From assembly GCA_947589685.1 (NCBI GenBank), contig CANQCN010000001.1, positions 364 through 64,363 of the forward strand: a DNA stretch of 64,000 nt. Reading direction: 5' to 3'. This DNA comes from an uncultured Clostridia bacterium (lineage in GTDB: Bacteria > Bacillota > Clostridia > Christensenellales > CAG-314). A model generated the notes under the pieces. The model saw nothing but the letters and a program-made list of their open reading frames with translations. It was not told the origin of the DNA and made no database searches. A program made the translations under genes and the position numbers. Positions 47,474 to 55,896 of the stretch are shown here, piece by piece (the first letter of the stretch is position 1; each line of letters starts with the position of its first letter).

Positions 47474-48796
47474 TTAACTTCTTGACTTGGCTTTGCTTTT
47501 CTTGACTTCGAAGAAAGGAGAAACCATAAGGGCAAACAGTCTGTTGAGACCGAATGTCACTATCAACGACAACACGGCGCCGTATACAAACGCGTTGCCC
47601 AACGGGGCGGTAACCAGCGTAGGTATTACCCAAAGAATTATGCCGAGTACCAACAATGCTCCGTGCGCGATAAGAGAAATAAATATATCCTTGCGGTTGT
47701 CGCGCGAAAAAGCCAAAGCCTGGTGTCTCGCAACGGAGTAATTTTTGCCGCCGTCCACCATCAATTTGCGAACCTTTTCGAAGCCGAGCGCGCTGAATAC
47801 CGTCATAAATACATACGAAAGCACAACGCCTATGCCCATTGCGATGTTGAATATTTCAAGGTGTACAAGCACGCCGAAGAACATAAACACAAATACGGCA
47901 AGCGCCTGCGTGACCATAGGGATCAAGCCCAACGCCTTGTAGCGCACCGCAAAGAAGATAAAGCTTGCAAGCACTACCGCGCCCATTATCGCAAGATAGA
48001 TCCAGCCCAGATTGTTTTCGGCGGTCGTCGTGCTTCCTTCTTGCGTAAGCGTCGCATTGAGCGCGCCGCTGCTTATATACGCGTTCATCGCTCTTGCGTG
48101 TTCTTCGCTGGTGGCTTCATCGGTATAAGCGTAAGTTATTTGAAGCTCGCTGCCCGTCCAATACACCCACGTTTCCACGCTGCCGTCGATGGCTACCGTG
48201 TAGGGAGTGCTTTCAGCCAAGGCTTCCGCAAGCTTTGCGCCCTCTTTCGTAAGGCGAACTCTGCAAATATAAAGCGTTACGTTTTGGTTGAGATAACTGC
48301 GAACGCTTGCATGACGGAAATGCTCCTGGGTAAGCACCACGCTGTCCTCCGAGTAAGAAGGGCTGCTCGAATAATCTACGTTGAGTATCTCCACTTTGCC
48401 GTTTACGATAACGTTATTCAAAATTGTCTGCGCCGTGGGCTTGACTCTCGTATTGGTGTTGTCGGATACGGGTATCTCCACCGTAACAATGCCCGACGCC
48501 TTGTCATAATCCGCTTTGGAACCGTAATACCCGTAAGTTTTGGACAGACGTGTCTTGATCGCGTTGACTACATTCTCGCCGTCGGCGTCGTCATCGAGCT
48601 TGATGCTGTATGTCGCCTTGACGGTATCGGTAAAGGCTGCGCTCTTTTGTAAAGCGGCGTATGCCGATTGATAATAATCGCCAACCATGTTTACTTCGAA
48701 GTTGGGAATAAAGCAAAAAACACCTAACGCTACCGTTAATGCCAATACAAGGCACAGCAGTAACGAAATCAATATTTTTTTTGTTTGTAGTGTCAT
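47474..48796 (-). CDS. SecD/SecF-family protein-export membrane protein, single 6-TM module, divergent
   Basis: 440 aa. It has an N-terminal TM helix, a periplasmic-type domain of roughly 260 aa, then 5 TM helices with a SecD/F-like loop (FEKVRKLMVDGGKNYSVARHQAL). It occupies the secDF slot between yajC and recJ. Confidence 0.6.
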   Translation of the reverse strand: MTLQTKKILISLLLCLVLALTVALGVFCFIPNFEVNMVGDYYQSAYAALQKSAAFTDTVKATYSIKLDDDADGENVVNAIKTRLSKTYGYYGSKADYDKASGIVTVEIPVSDNTNTRVKPTAQTILNNVIVNGKVEILNVDYSSSPSYSEDSVVLTQEHFRHASVRSYLNQNVTLYICRVRLTKEGAKLAEALAESTPYTVAIDGSVETWVYWTGSELQITYAYTDEATSEEHARAMNAYISSGALNATLTQEGSTTTAENNLGWIYLAIMGAVVLASFIFFAVRYKALGLIPMVTQALAVFVFMFFGVLVHLEIFNIAMGIGVVLSYVFMTVFSALGFEKVRKLMVDGGKNYSVARHQALAFSRDNRKDIFISLIAHGALLVLGIILWVIPTLVTAPLGNAFVYGAVLSLIVTFGLNRLFALMVSPFFEVKKSKAKSRS

Positions 48797-48919
48797 TGTA
48801 AAGTCTCCTTGACTATTTGCCTAACTTAACTATCTTATTATAGTATCTGTTGCTGAAATAGTCAAACGTTTTTTGTTTTTTTTCAATTTTATGTTTTATT
48901 TTATTTAATAATATAGTAA

Positions 48920-48947
48920 GCGGCGCAGTCGGATACGACTGCGCCGC
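48920..48947 (-). terminator. GC-rich hairpin downstream of the 124-aa membrane protein gene
   Basis: 12-bp perfect stem GCGGCGCAGTCG / CGACTGCGCCGC. The T tail on the minus strand is weak (TTACTATATTATT). Confidence 0.4.
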
Positions 48948-48994
48948 GCAAAACGACGACATTCCGTTTGTCAAATAGGCTTATTTTATGTACG

Positions 48995-49369
48995 TCAAGC
49001 CGCTTTACGATTTTTGATAAGCGCTATGACGACAGCCACGACAAGCGATATGCCGAAATCCAAGGCTATCTGACCGAAATGGAATTGACCGCCCATAATG
49101 GCGAACAAAGCAAAGGAAAGCGCCCAAAACAACACTGCGCCTATCACCGCTTTGAGCAAAAACTTTTCATCCTTGACGGAAATAAGCGTACCCAATGCGA
49201 CGGCAACAACTTTCAACACTTGATTTATGATCGGCAACGCCTTGTCGCCGATATTGCACAGCTTGGCGATCAAAGCCAACAACAAAATTCCGATACAGGA
49301 AAAAACCAACGACAACAGTCCCGCTTTCAGCGATTGCAAAACAATAGATTTCTTAGCACTTGCTTCCAT
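48995..49369 (-). CDS. small integral membrane protein (YrzE/TIGR04086-like)
   Basis: 124 aa with four hydrophobic helices. Its position next to yajC matches that of yrzE in Bacillus. The family call is tentative. Confidence 0.55.
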   Translation of the reverse strand: MEASAKKSIVLQSLKAGLLSLVFSCIGILLLALIAKLCNIGDKALPIINQVLKVVAVALGTLISVKDEKFLLKAVIGAVLFWALSFALFAIMGGQFHFGQIALDFGISLVVAVVIALIKNRKAA

Positions 49370-49427
49370 AAAAAAACCTCCGAATAGCTATTAAATTCTA
49401 TTCGGAGGAAGTTTGCTTTATACCAAA

Positions 49428-49832
49428 CTATTTGATTTCGTCCACTTCGTTTTCCTTTTCTTTTTCCGCTTTTTCGATAGCTTCCGCTTCGGGAGATCCG
49501 GGTGCGGGCGCTATGGAATGGATAGCTTGACGAACGAATTGCATTGTGGCTTTGTTGTCGCCCACGCCGGTCAACAACCAGATATGGGTCTCATCCAATT
49601 GGACGACTTCGCCCACAATACCGCCTATCGTCGTGACAATGCTGCCCACCGCCAACTTGGACATCATTTCTTCCTGACGCTTTTTTTGCTTTCTTTGAGG
49701 GAGGACCATCAACAGGATCATACCTACAAGCAACAAGCCGAACACAACGTAGATACCCCATTGACCGAACCAATTTCCTTCGGTAGCGGTTGTATTGCTT
49801 TCTCCTTCAAAAAAGTTGAGTAATTCCAACAT
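49428..49832 (-). CDS. yajC: preprotein translocase subunit YajC
   Basis: 134 aa. A TM helix followed by PQRKQKKRQEEMMSKLAVGSIVTTIGGIVGEVV. Confidence 0.85.
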   Translation of the reverse strand: MLELLNFFEGESNTTATEGNWFGQWGIYVVFGLLLVGMILLMVLPQRKQKKRQEEMMSKLAVGSIVTTIGGIVGEVVQLDETHIWLLTGVGDNKATMQFVRQAIHSIAPAPGSPEAEAIEKAEKEKENEVDEIK

Positions 49833-49906
49833 ATTTATTCTCCTAAGGCTGACGCCGCTTAAATTTACAATTTGCCAAGCAAAAGCTTGCTATTGTACTG
49901 TTTGTT

Positions 49907-49935
49907 ATTATACAGTAAATACGGAAAAAAAGCAA
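49907..49935 (-). promoter_or_regulatory. sigma-70-type promoter candidate for yajC
   Basis: Minus strand reads TTGCTT-17 nt-TATAAT (with TG immediately upstream of the -10). Confidence 0.45.
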
Positions 49936-49965
49936 CAGCTTTCCGTTATTTTGCGAAAATAGCGC

Positions 49966-51141
<1,176 letters not shown>

Positions 51142-51415
51142 CTAAAACAGATCGGATTGAGAACCCGTTGGAGAAAGATAAAGAATAAGTTGTCGATTGC
51201 TTATGGTATATATGAGTTGCCAATCGGGCTCTATATGACACTCACGAAAACCCGCGTAATCCCCGCTCAATTCGTGATCTTTATATTTGCGATCGAGCTC
51301 TTTGGCATTGGCAAGCAACTCGACAACGGCAAAGCGTTTGTCAATATCTTTTCCTTGCCGTTGGTTCACTTTAATCTTTTTTGAATTTTGCGGCGTATTT
51401 GATTTCGTAAGTCAT
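51142..51415 (-). pseudogene. yafQ: type II toxin YafQ (RelE/ParE superfamily), frameshifted in an A6 run
   Basis: ATG 51415 overlaps the antitoxin stop (ATGA) and gives MTYEIKYAAKFKKD*. The +1 frame continues (V)NQRQGKDIDKRF..KDHELSGDYAGFRECHIEPDWQLIY..TGSQSDLF. Removing one A from the run (T6 at 51377-51382 on plus) restores a 91-aa YafQ. Confidence 0.7.
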
Positions 51416-51690
51416 ACATCGAGCGCCTTTTTCAAAGAATCAACATCTTTGTATCCCTTATATTTCTCCGAATGCGCTTCCATTTGTCTGACTTCGTCAA
51501 TTGCCGAAATCGTATTCGAATTCGGCGTTTCTACACGCATTTCAAACGGCAAACCGTTTTCTCGTATTACTGCTTTCAAAAATATGTTGAACGCGGTAGA
51601 AGTCGTAATGCCGAGTTCATCGAATATTTTTTCTGCCGCAGCCTTTGTTTCCTTAGAAGTTCTTATATTGAGATTTGTATATTCGGTCAT
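51412..51690 (-). CDS. dinJ: type II antitoxin, RelB/DinJ family
   Basis: 92 aa. The N-terminus NIRTSKETKAAAEKIFDELGITTSTAFNIFLKAVIRENGLPFE is a ribbon-helix-helix. Confidence 0.85.
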   Translation of the reverse strand: MTEYTNLNIRTSKETKAAAEKIFDELGITTSTAFNIFLKAVIRENGLPFEMRVETPNSNTISAIDEVRQMEAHSEKYKGYKDVDSLKKALDV

Positions 51691-51705
51691 AGCGCCCTCC
51701 TATCT

Positions 51706-51735
51706 CATTATACTGTATAATGTAGCATAAATCAA
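51706..51735 (-). promoter_or_regulatory. promoter of the TA cassette with overlapping inverted repeat
   Basis: Minus strand reads TTGATT-17 nt-TATAAT. The inverted repeat CATTATA-CTG-TATAATG (51706-51722) covers the -10 box and is an operator candidate. Confidence 0.5.
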
Positions 51736-51760
51736 CAAACAATCCGTAGTTTTTCGGAGA

Positions 51761-51781
51761 TTTTCGTATAATATACGAAAA
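51761..51781. promoter_or_regulatory. perfect 21-nt palindrome between queA and the TA promoter
   Basis: TTTTCGTATA-A-TATACGAAAA. It could be a weak queA terminator or a second operator. Confidence 0.35.
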
Positions 51782-51802
51782 AGTGCTTGTGCGATTTGAC
51801 GG

Positions 51803-52825
51803 CTATAAGAACAAACAGCAGTCGCCGAAAGAGAAAAATCTGTACCGCTCCTCCACGGCAATATCGTATATGCGCAAAATTTCTTCTCGGCTGCAAAGCG
51901 CCGCGACAAGCATAATAAGGGTGCTTTCGGGCAAATGAAAGTTGGTTATCAAGCCGTCGGCGATCTTAAACTCATAAGGCGGATAAATAAAAATATCCGT
52001 ATATCCTTTTTGCGCGGTCACGTGCCCCGCCCTGTCCGCGGCGCTCTCCAACGTGCGAACGGCGGTCGTTCCCACGCATATCACGCGGCGAGACTCGCTC
52101 TTGGCTTTGTTTATTACGTCGGCGGCTGCGGGCGAAACTTCGTAGTACTCGGAGTGCATATGATGTTGACTAACGTCGTCCGCTTTTACGGGACGAAACG
52201 TGCCCAACCCGACGTGCAGCAACACTTCCGTCACTTCCACCCCCATTGCCTTTATTTTGTCGAGCAGACTCTCGGTAAAGTGTAAGCCCGCAGTGGGCGC
52301 GGCGGCAGAGCCGTTTATTTTCGAATATACCGTGTTGTAACGCGATTTGTCTTGCAGCTTTTCCTTGATGTAGGGCGGCAAAGGCATCTCTCCGAGTTCG
52401 TCGAGTATTGCCTCGAAATTGCCGTCGTACAAAAATTCAACGACGCGGCTGCCGTCCTCGCCGATACTTTCCACCCGCGCTTTCAGCTTGTCGCCGAAAC
52501 AAAACACGGCGCCGGGCTTGGCGATACGTCCCGGTTTAAGAATGACCTCCCAATGAGTCAGATCCAGCCTTTTAAGTAGCAAAAACTCTATTTTGCCGCC
52601 CGTATGCTCCTTTGCTCCGTAGATACGCACGGGCAGCACCTTGGTATTGTTTACCACAAGCACGTCGCCCTTGCGAAGATAATCTACGATATCGAAGAAA
52701 TGCTTGTGTTCTATCGACTTGGTTTTTCGGTCGTACACAAGCATTCGCGAACTGTCGCGAGGCTCTGCGGGATGTTGCGCAATCAGTTCTTCGGGCAAAT
52801 TGTACCAAAAATCACTTGTTTTCAT
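51803..52825 (-). CDS. queA: S-adenosylmethionine:tRNA ribosyltransferase-isomerase
   Basis: Start trimmed to [19 protein letters not shown]. About 340 aa. The start overlaps the ruvB end by 14 nt. Confidence 0.96.
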   Translation of the reverse strand: MKTSDFWYNLPEELIAQHPAEPRDSSRMLVYDRKTKSIEHKHFFDIVDYLRKGDVLVVNNTKVLPVRIYGAKEHTGGKIEFLLLKRLDLTHWEVILKPGRIAKPGAVFCFGDKLKARVESIGEDGSRVVEFLYDGNFEAILDELGEMPLPPYIKEKLQDKSRYNTVYSKINGSAAAPTAGLHFTESLLDKIKAMGVEVTEVLLHVGLGTFRPVKADDVSQHHMHSEYYEVSPAAADVINKAKSESRRVICVGTTAVRTLESAADRAGHVTAQKGYTDIFIYPPYEFKIADGLITNFHLPESTLIMLVAALCSREEILRIYDIAVEERYRFFSFGDCCLFL

Positions 52826-53882
52826 CGTCACTGTCGCTGTCCGCAAATACGGAAAGCATTTCCATTCGCTCCTTGGAAAGTTTTTTGCCGAGATGTTTGT
52901 AGGCGTTGGGCATGCAAACTCTGCCTCTCGGCGTGCGAGCGACAAAGCCGAGTTGCAACAGATACGGTTCGTAAACGTCCTCTATCGTCTGTGTGTCCTC
53001 GCCCGTAGCGGAAGCGAGCGTATCCAGACCGACGGGACCACCGCTGAATTTGTCTATTATCGCGGTGAGGATGTTTTTGTCAACGGCGTCAAGCCCAAGC
53101 TCGTCCACTTCCATCACTTGCATTGCGTGCAAAGTTACATCGCGCGTCACGCGTCCGTCGCCCAACACCTCGGCGAAGTCTCTTACGCGCTTCAACAATC
53201 TGTTGGCGATACGCGGCGTGCCTCTGCTGCGGCGGGCTATCTCGTACGCCGCCTCGTTTTCTATATCCGTGCCCAATTTTTTGGCGGATTTAAGCACTAT
53301 TCCGCACAATTGTTCGGGCGTATAAAGCACAAGGCGCATCTGCATACCGAATCTGTCGCGCAACGGCGCCGCCAGATTGCCCGCCTTGGTGGTCGCTCCG
53401 ATAAGGGTAAATTTTTCCAATTTTATATTGACGCTTGTCGCGCTCGGACCCTTTCCCACCACGAAGTCCAGACGATAATCCTCCATTGCCGGGTACAAAA
53501 TTTCTTCCAGACTGCTGTTTAGTCGGTGAATTTCGTCTATAAACAAAACCTCGTTGGGTTTCAGCTTGGAGAGTATCGCGGACAAGTCGAATTTGCCGGG
53601 GATAGCCGAACCGCTCGTGACGGTAATGGGTACGCCCATTTCGTTGGCAATGATGTGAGCAAGCGTGGTTTTTCCCAATCCGGGAGGACCGTACAAAAGC
53701 ACGTGATCCAAGCTTTCTCCGCGAGAAAGCGCCGCGCGTATGTACACGCGCATATTTTCCTTTACCTTGTCCTGTCCGACATAATCGTCGAATGTTTTGG
53801 GACGAAGAATATTTTCCGTATCGCGTTCGTATTCCGTCAGCGTACTTGTAAAAAATTGCTGTTCCATAGTTTTTTCCGTCAA
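52812..53882 (-). CDS. ruvB: Holliday junction branch-migration helicase RuvB
   Basis: 356 aa. Walker [12 protein letters not shown] and Walker [10 protein letters not shown]. Confidence 0.97.
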   Translation of the reverse strand: MTEKTMEQQFFTSTLTEYERDTENILRPKTFDDYVGQDKVKENMRVYIRAALSRGESLDHVLLYGPPGLGKTTLAHIIANEMGVPITVTSGSAIPGKFDLSAILSKLKPNEVLFIDEIHRLNSSLEEILYPAMEDYRLDFVVGKGPSATSVNIKLEKFTLIGATTKAGNLAAPLRDRFGMQMRLVLYTPEQLCGIVLKSAKKLGTDIENEAAYEIARRSRGTPRIANRLLKRVRDFAEVLGDGRVTRDVTLHAMQVMEVDELGLDAVDKNILTAIIDKFSGGPVGLDTLASATGEDTQTIEDVYEPYLLQLGFVARTPRGRVCMPNAYKHLGKKLSKERMEMLSVFADSDSDDENK

Positions 53883-53883
53883 A

Positions 53884-54477
53884 TCAATTTATTCTGAAAG
53901 CCATATTGACAAGTTCTTCGGCTGTCGTCGCGCCCAACTTGGCTGCCGCTTCCACCAATTTTTCCGCGTCCGCCTGACTTTTGCCCAGAGAACACAGCAC
54001 CGCAACGGCGTCGCGCATATCTTTGTTGATCTGCAAATCGGGATTTTGCGTGATGGGAAGCACCATTTCCGCCGCGTCCACGACGACCTTTTCTTTCAGC
54101 TCCAACACTATGCGCTCGGCGGTCTTTTTGCCCAGCCCCTTGATCTTGGTCAAAAGCTTGGTGTCGCCGTTGAATATCGCCAACGCAAGGCTGTCGGTAT
54201 CCATACCGGAAAGTATACCGAGCGCAACCTTGCAGCCTATGCCGGAAACTGATATCAAACGCAAAAACATGTTTTTTTCTTCGACGGTGGAAAACCCGAA
54301 CAGAGTAAATCCGTCCTCTTTGACCTGCAAATAGGAGTAAAGCCGCTGCTTTTGTCCCAAACGGCAATCCGCAAGCGTGTAGGACGAGGCTTGCAACTCA
54401 AAGCCCACGCCGTTGACGTCCACCGTCACGATACCGTTTGAAAGATCCGTTACTTCTCCGCAAATATAAGAAAACAT
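53884..54477 (-). CDS. ruvA: Holliday junction DNA-binding protein RuvA
   Basis: 197 aa. [10 protein letters not shown]-terminus and HhH motifs ([24 protein letters not shown]). Confidence 0.95.
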   Translation of the reverse strand: MFSYICGEVTDLSNGIVTVDVNGVGFELQASSYTLADCRLGQKQRLYSYLQVKEDGFTLFGFSTVEEKNMFLRLISVSGIGCKVALGILSGMDTDSLALAIFNGDTKLLTKIKGLGKKTAERIVLELKEKVVVDAAEMVLPITQNPDLQINKDMRDAVAVLCSLGKSQADAEKLVEAAAKLGATTAEELVNMAFRIN

Positions 54478-54487
54478 TTGTTCCTCT

Positions 54488-54988
54488 CTACTGAATATAA
54501 AATTTGTCCGTCAAGCCGCCCGTCTGAATGTGAGTGAGCGCAACAGCCAACGCGTCGGCGGCGTCGTCGGGGCGGGGGACTTTTTCCAACCCCAGATACA
54601 TCTTTACCATTTGCTGTATCTGTTTCTTGTCCGCTCTGCCGTAGCCCGTCATAGCTTGCTTTATCTGCAACGGGGTGTATTCGTACAGCTTGCCGCAGCT
54701 GTGGATAGCCGCAAGCAGCAACACGCCTCTTGCGTGCGCGACGTTTATTCCCGTGGTGATGTTGGTGTTGAAAAAAAGCTCCTCCACCGCAATTTCATTC
54801 GGCTTGTACTTTTCGATAAGCTCCGAGACGGATCTGTACAACATGGCAAGCCTCACGGGAAAGCTTTCCTCTTTCGGCGAAGTGATTATACCGTAGTCAA
54901 CGACCTTTTTGCGATTGAAATCTTCAAAATCCATCACGCCGTAGCCCACTATCGCAAGTCCGGGGTCAAAGCCGATCACTCTCTTCAT
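54488..54988 (-). CDS. ruvC: crossover junction endodeoxyribonuclease RuvC
   Basis: Start trimmed to MKRVIGFDPGLAIVGYGV. 166 aa. Confidence 0.93.
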   Translation of the reverse strand: MKRVIGFDPGLAIVGYGVMDFEDFNRKKVVDYGIITSPKEESFPVRLAMLYRSVSELIEKYKPNEIAVEELFFNTNITTGINVAHARGVLLLAAIHSCGKLYEYTPLQIKQAMTGYGRADKKQIQQMVKMYLGLEKVPRPDDAADALAVALTHIQTGGLTDKFYIQ

Positions 54989-55013
54989 AAGCGCACCTAT
55001 TCTCCTACCATAC

Positions 55014-55042
55014 AATATATAACAATATTCTTCAAAAGTCAA
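55014..55042 (-). promoter_or_regulatory. sigma-70-type promoter candidate for ruvCAB-queA
   Basis: Minus strand reads TTGACT-17 nt-TATATT, about 25 nt upstream of the ruvC ATG. Confidence 0.45.
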
Positions 55043-55083
55043 GAACTTCCGTCAAGTAGGCAGTCAGCGGCAATGCGGCAAAG

Positions 55084-55118
55084 ACAAAAATGACGCTCCC
55101 GAAAATATCGGGAGCGCC
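55084..55118 (-). terminator. rho-independent terminator closing the surface-protein locus
   Basis: Minus strand GGCGCTCCCG-atattt-CGGGAGCGTC followed by ATTTTTGT. Confidence 0.6.
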
Positions 55119-55203
55119 GAGTTTACTCCGAGATTGCGCGCGGTCGGAGGAAACGCCAAAAAATCAGCTTACCAAATGCAAAACCGTATAATAGCAAATC
55201 GGC

Positions 55204-55896
55204 TTACCATTCCAAAATCATTTTAACAATGACAAATTTGTTGCCTGCTGTTTTGGGGGCTAAAAATTCAATCGCATTGGTTGCTTCGTCAAGTTCGACC
55301 GTAACTTCATACGCGCAATCAAGTTTGCCCGTATACGTCGCATCTCCTTGGGGATGGCTTTGCTCTTTGCCATTGATACTGAAAGAAATATCTTTGGCAC
55401 TGCTAAACGGTACAACGGTGAGCGTGATCTTTTTAATTTGGTGAACTGTGGTTATTGTAGCCGTACCATCTTTCGTCGTAGCCGTATAACCGAATCCGCC
55501 TATTGTGCTATAATTACTTGCAACTTTGCATTTTGCAGATGTAAAACTTACTATTTCATTCAAATCGGGCGACCACAACTTTATCCAATCGGTTATTTGG
55601 TTTTCCTGCGCGGTAGTTTTATAGATGTCATCTACTACGCTGTCTGTCGTTAAGCTACCCGTCCAATCATAAATAAATTTCATCGCCTTCGGTTCTTCGC
55701 TTGTAAGATTAAGCGTTATTTCGTTAGATGTAACGCTACCACATCTGACGGAGATTTTAACTTCACCTGCCGCAATAGTAGTAACGGTTGCCTTACTCTC
55801 GTTACCGGAAACTGTTGCTTTGCTTTCGTCGGAAGTTATCCATTCGACGTTTTCAAATACCGCATTAGAGGGGGCTATGCTCCTAATATACCAACG
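55204..55896 (-). pseudogene. detached C-terminal piece of the surface lipoprotein (Big_2 domain + third copy of the ~155-aa module)
   Basis: The frame is open from 55896 but the first start codon is ATG 55683. The start-less part reads ..APSNAVFENVEWITSDESKATVSGNESKATVTTIAAGEVKISVRCGSVTSNEITLNL (Big_2-like). The 159-aa part is homologous to the repeat module of the upstream ORF. It is +1 relative to the 1164-aa ORF, which stops at 55883. Confidence 0.6.

Noticed and set aside
55883-55890. Programmed +1 ribosomal frameshifting at UAU-UAG-G to join the lipoprotein and its tail.
   Set aside because: P-site tRNA-Tyr cannot re-pair on the +1 codon AUU. I could identify no re-pairing or stimulatory signal of the kind seen in the known prfB +1 frameshift. 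A simple 1-nt indel is the simpler explanation.
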